A stretch of 63,789 nt of DNA, filler included, from Octopus bimaculoides (taxonomy: Eukaryota): the NCBI RefSeq assembly GCF_001194135.2. It is 7 parts of 5 records of this genome, joined end to end, with 100 filler letters (N's around TTAATTAATTAA, not from the genome) between each part and the next. Parts side by side here need not be neighbours in the genome. Positions count along the whole stretch, not along the records: positions 62,758 to 63,789 come from NC_068983.1; 6 more parts are not named here. The stretch is one strand, 5' to 3'. The position numbers were made by a program, and so were the translations under genes. Positions 63,748 to 63,789 of the stretch are shown piece by piece. Numbering within the stretch: position 1 is the first letter of the stretch; the number at the start of each line of letters is the position of its first letter. The notes under the pieces were generated by a model. That model did no database searches and was not told the DNA's origin. It worked only from the letters and a program-made list of their open reading frames with translations.

Positions 63748-63789
<42 letters not shown>

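Overview
AT-rich, microsatellite-dense eukaryotic DNA. The SINE content and style point to an octopus/coleoid short-read assembly (inference). The window is not contiguous: six identical 100-bp artificial linkers (N44-TTAATTAATTAA-N44) join seven unrelated scaffolds (1-14352, 14453-28232, 28333-38178, 38279-54769, 54870-61052, 61153-62657, 62758-63789). Two partial host genes are supported. One is the last two exons of a RERG-like Ras GTPase (+, 32178-32251 and 36239-36676) with an atypical G3 motif, DTAWK. The other is five C-terminal exons of a PHF8/KDM7-family demethylase (-, 60133 to 55312). The rest is mobile DNA: a decayed autonomous Helitron Rep-helicase, several non-autonomous Helitrons (one carrying a TTAGGG-like tract), two tandem L1/Tx1-type ORF1 (RRM + CCHC) units with no room for ORF2, Merlin, mariner and RTE fossils, MITEs, a hammerhead-like relic and many tRNA-derived SINEs, including a dimeric form. 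The most unusual object is a 464-bp long-TIR element carrying a stop-free 53-codon fragment homologous to the ORF1 protein 14 kb away on the same scaffold. All family assignments come from motif recognition by eye; no database search was run.
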